Source of the DNA: Macrostomum lignano
Lineage: Eukaryota
Reading direction: 5' to 3'
Length of the DNA stretch: 64,000 nt
NCBI GenBank assembly: GCA_002269645.1
Contig: NIVC01001309.1
Coordinates: 131,106-195,105 of the forward strand
A program made the translations under genes and the position numbers. The notes under the pieces are model-generated. The model was given only the letters and a program-made list of their open reading frames with translations. It was not told the DNA's origin and made no database searches. Positions 33,715 to 45,750 of this stretch are shown here, piece by piece. Each line of letters begins with the position of its first letter. Position 1 is the first letter of the stretch.

Positions 33715-36700
33715 CCATAGTCAGGAAGGTGGCAGTTTGGTCGGAAAATTCCGGCGCACACAAGCCCTTTTTGGGCACACAACGGCGCACAACGGCGCAC
33801 AGCGGCGCGCCGGCGCGCCACAACAGCGCACAGCGGCGCACTGGCGCACAGCGGCGCACAACGGCGCACACCAGAGGACACCGGCGCATGGCGGCGCGGC
33901 GCGGCGGGCGCCGCGCCACATGCAGCGTTACCCTTGTGGCGATCCCATGTAACGATGTAAGTCGTTACTTGTTACAGTACACTATTCACTGTTCTATCTA
34001 ATGTAACACTGCATTCTACCAAAAAATAAAAAATAAAATAAAATATTTTCCTTTTCCTTTTTACCTTTGTTTTTGCCATTTGCTTACTTTTTATGTTTGT
34101 TTTGTTTTAAAAATTAGAAATTAAATTAAAAATTTTTTAAATTTCTATTTTTGGTTTAACGATCTCAATTTCTCATAATATAATATAGATAGCCCGTAAC
34201 CGTCCCGTATTAACCATTATATTCTCTTGTCTCGTGACTCGACTCTCGTGTAACGTTTATTTATTTCATTCATTTATTCATTTATGAGAATAGAATGAGT
34301 TCGCCTAATGCAAATGCAAATGCTAGTAGTGATCCAGATCCAGATCAAGATCAAATTGAAGATGAATATCGGAATCGGAATCTGAGGCCGACGGTGACGC
34401 CGAGTCAAAGTCAGACTCAGACTCCGAGTCGTCAGGCCAATGACAATGAGAATGAGATCGAGGAGGTCCATGAGGTAGTTAGTAACTTATCTACAAAACC
34501 AAAGAACAAACAAGGTAAACAAGCAGTAATAATATAGACTATTAAAGTATATTGAGTTGAATTGTATTTGTAAGTAGACTAGGTCCTAATCCTAATTTGT
34601 TTTGTATCTACACAGTTATACAATATACAATACACTAGTGACTAGTCACTAGCTAATTTATTTTTTAATTGTATTGTATTGTCAGTATTGAGTCATTGAC
34701 TATAGTCTATAGTATAATATTAATTATTCCCTAATGGCCTAATCCCTAGGGCTAGGGCCTAGGCCTATCCTAAATCCTAATTCGTATTTATTATTTTCTT
34801 AGATGTATTCTTAATATATATTAATACACATACAATGACAATCATACATATTACATATTACATATTAACATACACATACACTAACACATGTCACTTGTCA
34901 CGACTCACATACATACACAGGTCTCAACACAGCCTGGTCATTTATGCGCTGCTCTACTAGCTCTAGCAGTTCTAGCTTTGCCTCTACTTCAGCAGCAGCA
35001 GCTGGCCAAAATAAACGTTCTGCAGCTCAGGCATCTACTTTAGCTTCAGATGACACTGATAAAATTAATCAGCAGACATGTGAGCCTGATGTTGATGATG
35101 CTAGCTGCACAAGTGCAAAGAAAATTAAGAAGTCAAAGTCAAACAAGCACTACTGCCTTCTATGTCTAGCTGACACAAATAAGCCCCTTTCCAAGTGCGG
35201 AATCCATCGTGGCAATAATTCTTCTATGTTACGGCATAGAAAAAATCAACACAACAGTCAAACTAATGTTCAATTTGCTCACCATGCTTCTTTGGTTGTT
35301 CAGCGCCTACTAAAGCACCGACATGTTGAGGCTGAGGCAGAGGCTGAAGCTGAGGATGAAGATGAATATGATGCTGAAGCAGATGCTAGAGATTGTGTTA
35401 ATATTACTATGGATATGGATATTGCTGAAGCTTCTGATAATGACAATGTTGCTGTTGCTGCTGAAGCTGATGTTGCCACTGCCACTGCCACTGCTACTGC
35501 TACTACTACTACTACTATTTCTGGTGAGGCTGCATCTAATTCCATACTCCATGTGTCAGTGACATCAACTGGTATGGTAAGAATTATTCTGTTTATTGGC
35601 TGTCTATGTGGATCATTTAATATAGGTTTAATAGAAACAATTTTTTTCCTGTCTGAAATATATACTTAGGTTTCTGTCTTTTAGTCTGTAGCTTTTAAGC
35701 ATTTGTGTGAAAATGTTTTCATTGGAGATGTAAACTACATTCAAATAGGAAGCGCATCCTGTTATGTCGACTGCGATAATGAACACAGGAGCATCTGCTG
35801 CACAAGCATCCGGGCTACTGCTAAGCCCAGACCTAGCTCAATCAGTACTGCAGGCTCTAAGTGAGCAGTCGCAAATGCTTGCTGCTCATGTAAAAGATTT
35901 CAAACAACTCTCAGAATCTGTTAAGATTCTCTCAGATAAGTTTTCCACATCATCAAAACAGCTGCCAGTCGACAAGGAGTACGAAAAAATATCTCAAACA
36001 GAGAATATGGCCCAGCTCCTCAAGTCCCCTTCGATTGGAATCGAAGCAATTGGCGAGGACTTTATCGTCTATTGCAAGTGCTGCTTTGATGTGTTGTCCA
36101 AGGCCCAACCTATGCCGACAAATTACTCAGTAGCTGATGCATTCCGTTTTTTGTGAGTTATATTTCATTTTATTTATATATATTAAATGCATACAAATTT
36201 TACTTGATTTCTTAGTTGATTTATCGATGGCAATTTAAAATTGTACAGGAATCCTGGACTTGGCCCTAATTCAATCAGCAAAGGCAAGTTCTGCTCAGGA
36301 AGGCTTGTTAAAGCGGCCGAGATGAAAGAACTCCATGAGAGCCCCACCGCATTTAGCAAATTTCGATATTCTGTCAAAAGCCACTTTTCTGGTGTTAATG
36401 GCATGGGCCATGCTAAAGCTAAGAAGAAGGTTGACAATGACAAAGGCCGACTTACTCGCAATCAAAAAGTTGTGAGGAACCTTGTTCGCAGTGCGGCTTA
36501 TCATATCGAATCCGCGTGTGCAGCTATGCACTACGAGCTGACCATTGTCCTGTTATCTGAATCAGGAGCTGAAGTTGGAAATATCGGTCATGGATTGTAA
36601 GTTATGCACTGATTACTATACATTAGTTATGATTATTTATGCATAATAAATTTGTATTTGTAGAATGAAATAAAATAAATAATCACATTAAAAACGCTTT

Positions 36701-37829
36701 CAGCCAATTTGGAAGACAACTGTGGGACCTTCTTGAGTTCTGTGTCGATCGAGACGCATCAAGATTTATGCGTGAGCCCTTGCCGTCAACTGGCCTGCCT
36801 CCTATGATGTGTCTGACGTGCGACAAAAGCACTCCAACACGCACTACCAACCAGGCTGTGCTAATTCTTTTGAGGTAAGAATACATCTATTAACTTATTT
36901 AGAGAACCAGTATAACTAGTATAACCAGCACAAACCAGTAGATAATGCTTTTCTCAAAATAATTGATTTGATAATTGTTAGATAAACTTTACTTTTCATC
37001 AGAGATTCGACTGGTGTAGCCTTGGCAATTCCGGCGGGTGCACCGCCAATTTACAACGAGAGCATGGAGGCTGGTGGTACAGCTCTGGCAAAGCTGCTAT
37101 TCCAGACGTTGCGCAATATGGATCCGCCTCTCCGCAGTATTGTCGGCGTCGTTGCTGATGGCCAATACATCGCCAATGGCAATTTTCTAAGCGAGGTGCG
37201 CATGCAGCTAGGCGTGGACGCAGACAGCGAGTCGGATCTGCCAATCAGCTGGGATGCTGCTCATTATTTGAATTTGGCTGTGACCGATGTCCGCGATGCC
37301 CGCAATAAGGAGTTTTTCCGCCGATTTGTTGTGCGTGCTAATCTGTTTTCGCACCATTTTGGCCGTGGACGTGGCTTCGCAGCTCTGGAGTGAGCGTCTG
37401 AAGAAGGTGCCAGAGCAATCAGCACTTTCGCAACGCACCGCTTTGCAAGTTCAGCCATGAAGCAGTGGCAGGCCATAGCGGATTCATATGGCGTAAGATT
37501 AGAATAAAAAATAGTATATTCAAAAGGGTTTTACAGTAGGCTTTATATTGGAGCTCAATGTCGATTAACCGTGGGTGTATAATTCAGGTCTAGAAATATC
37601 AACTAATAAAACTTAGCTATAAAGAACAGTAATATTTTTCCTACCGTTTTTGCTCCTTGCTACGTCTTTTTTGTACAGGAGCTGCACACTGCATTTCGAG
37701 ACGAAAACCCTCAATGCCGCGATGACGAAACTACGCAGTACCAGATGTTTGGTTGCGACTTTGTCTTCGACCTCCTGGCTCTGCTGGATTTGATGGATCC
37801 TCTTCGCCAGCTGATGGAAATTGTCCAGG

Positions 37830-37873
<44 letters not shown>

Positions 37874-39732
37874 ACATTTATCCAATAGAATGGTTATGCT
37901 TTTTATTTTGAATTTGTTATCTCACATTGCACTCAATACAGGACATTCGGCAACCACACTGGAAGTGTGCCATGTTGCTCCCAAAAGTATTGAGCTTCCT
38001 GGAGCATCGGTCCACTGTTTTTCGTGTCAGTGACTACCCAAGGCTGAAGGATTGCTATGACGCTATCAGGCCAGGCGGACAGTTCGATGGTGTGCCGTTA
38101 CTGGATGGCTGGCTCGTAACTGGCACTGGCAATGGCATTGATTGGTTTGCCCGCGATCGAGCCGACATGGAGGCTGATATTACGCAGCTGGCCGCAGATC
38201 TTCGAACAAGCCTTGCGAAGCGCTTCCAAAAATGTAATAATGATGCAGCTGGCAAAGCTGCCGTAATGGATGCCACTGCCGTCCTTCAGCTGCTTTCTTC
38301 AGATGATGTCGACGTCAGCGTGGAGCTATTTACCACGTCCGACGCAGCCAAGGAGTTGGTGCAGCAAGCGGAGCGCCATTCTAATCTCGAACTAAAGGCT
38401 GTGCTGACACGAAGATATCTGGCGTCATACGTTAACTGCCTACACAACGCCTTTAAAACCGGTGTTGGGCGCGAGACCTGGCTCATTCCGGCCATCACGG
38501 AGCCAATAGTTTCTGCACGCCCAAGCCCAACCCCAAGCGACTCTGCATGTGACCTCGGCACTACATTTGAGGTGGAAAAGGCATCCGGCCATCGCCAGAT
38601 TGTTCGCCTCAATGAGCCAGCTATATATGAGTCTATGTACTCAGATCCACGCTTATTTAATGCTGCAGGACCATCTAGCTGCCGTCTCCTCGATTTCGCG
38701 CTGCATCGTGGTGGCACAGGCAAGTTTAGAGAGAAAAAAGTGTAACTATTTAAGTTTCTTACTGTATTTGATAATTATACTGTAGTTGTCCATTATTTTT
38801 TGAGTGAATTAAGACATAACCACAATGCACAAAAACTTTTATCAGCAAATTTAGACAGCTATTGATACATTTTTTGCAGAAGCAATAGTCGAAACGTTTT
38901 ATTCGACAATGCGCTCCCAGCAGCAGCAGGGCGGCCAGACGAATGAGACGTTGGCCCTCCGGTCAAAACTTCGCTGGATGCTGCCATCAATCGGCACAAA
39001 AGGAATGAAGCAGCTACTCAAAGAAGCTGCTCATACCTTCTACACTGGCAACTCTGCTCGTGGGCTTGCACCACACCGCGGGCCCTTTTTTCATGATCTG
39101 AGGGGCCGCGCTGATGGAAAGTATATCGTAAGCAAAGTTGTTGACCGGCATACGACAAAGAAGTCTCGGTGTCCATTTGTTGGTCGGTACCATCACAGTA
39201 ATTTGCCATCTTCTAGCCAATCCGATGCAGACAATGATGTGGCAGCTGCTGATTCTGAGTAATTTAAATGAAATTGTAATGAAATGAAATTTTGTCTATG
39301 GTACCACACCCCCAACCCGCCAAACCGAGTCTGCTGTTTTTTCATTGCTATTTCAAAAGGTTTAATTTTATAGCACCCGCCAAATTTCGGTTCTATGGTC
39401 AAAAGTCCTCGACACATATAACCGGCCTCGGCCCTGCACTGCAAAACATGTTGAAGCAAAAATAAAAAAAGTGAGCAAAAATATATTTTTACTTTGAATG
39501 CCTGTACCATAGTAATAACTATAAGAAATATTATAGGGGTAGGGTTTATTGAAAATATTGGCGCACAAAAATTGTTGCTATGTTGTAAAAAAAGGTCTTT
39601 TATTGTCGCAAGGCAGGTAGTGGCGGGTGCACAACGGCGCACACGAGGGTTTTTGTGTCGGCGCACGGCGCACAATTTTGGGAGAGGCCAAAATTTGTTC
39701 CGGCGCACACTCTGCCACCTTCCTGACTATGG
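33715..39732 (+). mobile_element. Complete hAT-like DNA transposon, 6018 bp
   Basis: Perfect 21-bp TIR CCATAGTCAGGAAGGTGGCAG, 8-bp TSD GACATCAA (33707-33714 and 39733-39740), GGCGCAC subterminal arrays and an internal spliced transposase. Confidence 0.93.
34295..39262 (+). CDS. hAT-like DDE transposase, 9 exons (34295-34514, 34921-35576, 35749-36152, 36249-36596, 36704-36874, 37003-37492, 37679-37828, 37942-38719, 38880-39262), 1199 codons, one internal TGA
   Basis: Exon phases match and total 3600 nt. BED-finger-like CLLC...HRKNQH, candidate catalytic D in CDKST, D in VADGQY, WDAAHYLNL (CxxH-equivalent) and E in GTEAIVETFYS. TGA at 37391-37393. Confidence 0.8.
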
Positions 39733-39809
39733 GACATCAATAACCTTCTAAAATATCATGGGCATTAATAGTGCCATAAAAATCCAAATGAAATACTACC
39801 ACATAAATA

Positions 39810-40383
39810 AGGCAGTTGTTATTTGTCCAATGACTAGATGAATAGCCTTTTTGCTATTTGTCCAGTTAAATTTCTAAAACAAGTATCTATTTATCTATAA
39901 ATAGTATTTGTTTAGTGATAAATATGGCATAGTTCTAGTTTACTTTGTTATATTCCAACCCCCCTACCCTTGAATAGAGGGCGAAATAATTTAACGCAGT
40001 AAACTAGAACTATGCCATAAATATTCTAAATTTTGAAGACCTTTTCTTGTATCCTGATTAATATTATGTTACGCTCGTATATACTAGTAAAAGCAAAGTA
40101 GATATGTTTAATGCATATGCTATTTGGCATAACTTGGTATAATATAAGACAAACACTAGTATAACAACATGATAATCAAGATAAGAAGTCTGATGTCCAG
40201 GAATATTCACCTTTGTAGTTTCTGTAAAATAAAATGTCAATTTAACTGGACAAATAGCGAAATGTCTTTGTGTCCGGTATTAACCAGATGAATAGGGAAA
40301 CATGGCTATTATCCAGTAACTGGACAAATAACAACATCGCAGCATCGCTATTCGTCCAGTCACCAGACAAATAACAACTGCCT
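39810..40383. mobile_element. Putative 574-bp MITE
   Basis: 18-bp TIR AGGCAGTTGTTATTTGTC, extended imperfect subterminal inversion, ATA on both flanks. Confidence 0.55.
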
Positions 40384-41229
40384 ATAAATAATGCAATTTT
40401 CATAGCTCCTCAATGCTTGGAAACTTGTTATGGAAACAATATACCAAAATTGTACTGTCTTTAAGATTAATATTCAATGCTATTTGATATAAAATATCTG
40501 CGATTAAATGATATTAGGAGCCTAAAGCAAATATAGGCCCTGTCGCACTTTGCAAAGCAAATTATGGCCCTAACTTTTGGATATGACTGAAACAGTGAAA
40601 GCCAGGTGTGAAATAAAAAATAAAGTAACAATGCCGATTGAATGAAAATTGAACATAACTTACAAAGAAAATACTTCCTGGATCCATTAGTATCAATAAT
40701 TGACAATAAGCATAATAAATTTCGAGGTAATCAAGAAGTAAAAATCGTTACTCTTCTCGGAAAACACATTTTAAACTTTCCGCGAAATATTGCCATGTGT
40801 TAACAAATACCAATGATTTTACTACTCAGTTTTGCCTAACCTTTAATAAAATTATACCTTTTTAGCTAAATTTAAAAATTTTAATTTTAAAACTTATAGA
40901 ATATCATAGATACGTTGCCGTTTAAAAAGATTTTATAAGCGGTAGATGTACCGTCATTCCATCGTCAATGCAATTGATATGAAATTGAAATTGTTCCAAA
41001 TTTTCTTGCGCGGATGTAAGTTATGTATATAGCCTCTTATTGATCTCTTTTAAACAATTTTTAATCCTTCACTAGCCTTTACATATTATACGAAGCTACT
41101 GGTAGACGTCGAAAATCCAGAATATTGCACGAATCTTAAGATGCATAAGATATAGCAAAATACTGTATTACAATTTTTTAATGTGCGCATTTGAAGACTG
41201 CGTACGGCTGCTCAGTCCAAGGACTAGGG

Positions 41230-41412
41230 AGTTGCAACACACCCTCAATCACGCCAGCTAAAGCTGGTTAACAATTTTACAGCTGGGTGAACTGGAGCAA
41301 TGCAAAGCTAAGTGTCCTGCTCAAGGACACAAATTGTCCCAGTAAGATTGGGAATCAAACCCGATCTTCAAGTGAAGTCCGACGCTGTAACCACTAGACT
41401 ACAACTACAACC
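41230..41412 (-). mobile_element. tRNA-derived SINE (same family as 16150)
   Basis: Shares AAGTGTCCTGCTCAAGGACACAAATT and the tRNA-like head with 16150-16275. Confidence 0.7.
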
Positions 41413-41590
41413 CACTTAAATAAAAGAAGGAAGTAAGTCAAGATGATAATTCTCTTCAACAATTATTTTTTTCAATCCAACCGCACACGTAGCCTGGATT
41501 TATTACCCCGCCAAGCCAGCCAACCTAATAGCATTCAAAAAGTCTGCAGCGCTTGCATAGACAAGTAGCCAGAGCTAGTCCTCGTCAGAT

Positions 41591-43152
41591 TTAAACTTTT
41601 TTGTGTCCCTCGGCATAGACCTGATAGGCGATGCGGTCAAGATCTCGCCTGCCCTGCGACGTCAGCTGCCGGCCGCCGGCCTCGTCCTTGGCAACAAGGC
41701 CCATCGACTCGAGGCCTTGGAGACTCTTGCGGAGCGGGCCCCGGTAGCAGCGGGACGAGTGGTTGGGCCGGTGGCCACGGCGCCTCACCTTGCCGTACAC
41801 CTGGGGGAATTGGGAATAGGTTACAGTAGTACAGATGAAATTCAATTTGGGTGATTCACAACTTTTTATACCAGCAATTCCAAGGTTTTCTCGACTTGAA
41901 GATCTACCTAAGAGGGTGCTGGTGGTCCACCAACTAAGGATCTGAGGCCCAGCAATTCAGGATCTGGGAGGCTGGCCCAGCAACTGATGATCTGGGAGGC
42001 TAGTCCAGCAACTGAGGATCTGGAAGACTGGCCCAGCAACAGGATCTGGAAAGCTGGCCCAGCAACTGAGGATTTGGGAGGCTGGCCCAGCAGCAGAGAA
42101 TCTGGGAGGCTGGTCCAGCAACTGAGGATCTGGGAGGCTGGCCCAGCAACTGAGGATCTGGGAGGCTGGCCCAGCAACTGAGGATCTGGGAGGCTGGTCC
42201 AGCAACTGAGGATCTGAGAGTCTAGTTCAGCAACTGAGGATCTGGGAGGCTAGCCCAGCAACTGAGGATCTGGGAGGCTGGTTGAGCAACTGAGGATCTG
42301 GGAGGCTGGTCCAGCAACTAAGGATCTGGGAGGCTGGTCCAGCAACCGACACTCTGGGAGGCTGGTCCAGCAACTGACACTCTGGGAGGCTGGCACAGCA
42401 ACTGAGGATTTGGGAAGCTGGCCCAGCAACTGGGGATCTGGGAGGCTAGCCCAGAAACTGGGGATCTGGAAGGCTGGCCCAGCAACTGAGGATCTGGGAG
42501 GCTAGCCCAGCAACTGAAGATCTGGGAGGCTGGCCCAGCAACTGAGAATCTGGGAGGCTGGCCCAGTAACTGAGGATCTGGGAGGCTGGCCCAGCAACTG
42601 AGGATCTGGGAGGCTGGCTCAGCAACTAAGGATCTGGGAGGCTGGCCCAGCAACTGAGGATCTGGGAGGCTGGTGGCCAAGCAACTGAGGATCTGGGAGG
42701 CTGGCCCAGTAACTGAGGATCTGGGAGGCTGGCCCAGCAACTGAGAATCTGGGAGGTTGGCCCAGCAACTGAGGATCTGGGAGGCTGGCCCAGCAACTGA
42801 AGATCTGTTACTGGGCAATTTCAAAACGAACCACCTGGAGCATGGAATATGAAAGCCATAGTAAGTCCATCACTCCCACACTCACTTTGGTCAGAGCGCC
42901 AACTCCCACAGGGGCGCGCACGTACAGGTGGCGCAGCAGAGAGGCGGAGCGCACAAAGAACCAATCGGAATCAGCGGGCGCCAGCTCGTTGGCTGCAGAC
43001 AGTTTAACAACGTCGGCCCATTCCGGCACAGCCAGCTTGCCAGTCTTCTTCAAATAGGCGGCCAGAGCTCGGACCAGCTTCTGCTGGCTGACACTTTTCA
43101 CGCCAACAAATGTGTGGGCGGACTTGCCGCTTGCAGCTTGCTGTGCCATCAT
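41591..43152 (-). CDS. RPS19: 40S ribosomal protein S19 (eS19), 158 aa, exons 43152-42886 and 41800-41591
   Basis: [58 protein letters not shown]|VYG and [17 protein letters not shown]; phase-0 GT-AG intron. Confidence 0.93.
41945..42806. repeat. 28-bp minisatellite in the RPS19 intron
   Basis: About 31 units of GGCCCAGCAACTGAGGATCTGGGAGGCT. Confidence 0.96.
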
Positions 43153-45139
43153 GCAATGACAGTGTGCAGTGCAACAGTTAACTCCGTGTCATTGGGTTTA
43201 TAAATGTTAAATTTAATTATTTAGCAATTTAGCAAATTTATAGGAAAGCTGCCTACTAAGCTTATGACTAGACATACTTAGTAACAAAAAACAAAGTAAA
43301 GATTAGCATAAACAAATGTATAATAAATTTTCATCATAAAATTTGAGCATAAAAAATATGTTATTGTTTAAATTACAAACAAAAGTTTTATTATCACATC
43401 TATAAGTTTAAACATTTTCAAAACCACTTGACCTTTGTAATAATAACACTTCACTATTGGTGATTTTGCCTGTCTCTTTGTCTTACCATACTATCAATTT
43501 GTATAAAAATAGGCAGGAAAGGCAGGAAAAGGCAGGAAAATAGGGCAGCACTTAGCGAGTGGGCTCAAAAGACGCGGGGCATTGGAGCGCTACAATGATC
43601 CGAAATGGATTCTTTGATTGCACTTTAACTTGCTAACTTAAAATACAAAAAACGTTTTTTTGAGGTGGAAAAATTGGCATTTTTTCAACTTTGCCTCACT
43701 GCAATGAAAAAGGACGCGCGATAGCGCAGCCTTTGAGCTGCTGCCTAAGGTCAACAACACCTGAGGCTGTTTGATGCACTATAGTTTTTTGGGATAAAAT
43801 GTACTTTTGACATGGCTGCCTATCTGCACTTTAAAAGTATAAATTTTTAGTGCACTTTTGAGGGGGCTATTGCGTCAAGATGAAAAATTTTTTTGATTTT
43901 TTCTTCACCAAATCACTCAATTGGATGTCAACACGCCGTCTATTTGGAAACACCAAGATCTAGCCGATTGGGCCATTAATGACTTGCCCAGGTACCAAAA
44001 AGTGCCTAAAAAAGTCATTTTTAAAAAATTGCATCACATTTTTAAAAAGTACTCTCCAAAGTTAATAAAGTGTTTTACACTACGATTTTGAGACTTTAAC
44101 ACAAAGTGTCAAACCTATGGAAATTTGTTTTCCTAGATTTTCTAAGCATTTGGACCTACCTGTGCTTAGCAGTGACCTGGAAACCAGGGAAAAAAGAGGC
44201 TGGGGGCTTTGCTGAAAATTAGATGTTGTTAAGGTGAATGAAAATTTAAAAAAGGGCGAATTTTTTCGAGTGTAGTGTCAAATTGTAGCTCATCGAATGC
44301 CTGTTTGATTGACGTAAGACACTCTGGAAAAACCCTGTTAACAGATACTTTTTACCTATTAATTAAAAATGGCTATTTTGGGGGTACAAACTTTGAAATA
44401 AAAAAATAAGAATTTTTGCACACTGATTTTTCTGCATTTTCAATATTGTTTAGCCAAATAGCTGAAGTTACACCGGTCATACACTAATATGGATGGAAAA
44501 TTTGTATTTTTGAGAAAATTGCCTTTGAATTTTGAGAAGGCCACTTTTAAGCAAATTTTGAGTATACTTTTGCTAATAACTCTGCATTGGCAAGGCCTAG
44601 AAACTCAAGTTTGGTGTCTAGAATTACTAGAAATAGCACTATGGATGCACTATGCAAATAAATTAGTTTTGAAAACTAATTTTTAGGCTAACAGGTCTTA
44701 ATACCTGTTTGAATACCTGTAGGAACAGGTGAAAATGCATATTTTGGTGCCTAGCAGCCACAAAAATTGTTAATATAGTTTTAAAATGCATTAGATAGAT
44801 GTACCTTGATGTTGTGATTGTAACAACAAGTGACTTGCATTTGTAGATAAAGGCGTTGCGATGCAGTGAGCAGAAATGCATGAAAAAGCAGCAAAAATTG
44901 TAGAAATGGCTCTTATTAGCAATAATCAATATAGTGTATGTACCGTGGGCCTCTTTCATAAGCAAATCATAACTTAGTGGCTATGTCAACTGCCTTGAAA
45001 TTGTGTTTAGCAAGGTTCAAATCCAAAATAGTCTGTTTTTTTATTTTATGTTTTTAGTGAACATAAATTTTTTGCACTTTTAACTTTAAAGTTTTATTTT
45101 AAGTGTTATATAAAGTTATAATTTTATATAAAGTTAGTC

Positions 45140-45750
45140 TACTAGACTTACTAATGCCAGGGGTATAGGGGGCAGCAAGACTGCCACTAGCCTTATGGAA
45201 GCCAAGGGTGTGGGGGGCAGCAATCCTCCCACTATAGCCTCACTAATGCTAGGGGTATAGGGGGCAGTGAGCCCCTTATTAGCCTTACTAATGCCAGGGG
45301 TGTGGGGGTGGTGAGCCTCCACTATAGCCTTACTAATGCCAGGGGTATAAGGATGGCAAGCCCCCTACTAGCCTTAGTAATGGCAGGGGTGTGGGGGGGG
45401 GGGGCAGCAAGCCCCCCGCTAGCCCTTCAAAAGCCAGAGGTGTAGGGGTGGCAAGCCCCTCCACTAGCCTTATGGAAGCCAGGGGTATGGGAGGTGGTGA
45501 GCCTCCCACTATAGCTTTATTAATGCCAGGGGTGTGGGGGACAGCAATCCCCCCCCACTATGGTCTCACTAATGCCCCAAGGGTATGGGGATGGGGGGCG
45601 GCAAGCCCCCCACTATAGCCTTACTAATGCCAGGAATAAAGGGGATGGTGAGCCCCCTACTAGCCTTACCAACACCAGGGGTGTGGGGGGTGATGAGCCT
45701 CCCACTAGCCTTACAAAAGCCAAGGGTGTGAAATCAGCTAGCCCCCCCCT
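45140..45750. repeat. Degenerate minisatellite of about 45 bp with G and C runs
   Basis: Units like CCACTATAGCCTTACTAATGCCAGGGGTGTGGGGGTGGTGAGCCT. Confidence 0.85.

Noticed and set aside
40211-40221. 11-nt micro-exon candidate (TTTTACAG|AAACTACAAAG|GTGAAT, minus strand)
   Set aside because: Lies inside a putative MITE, and no partner exon or homology supports it.
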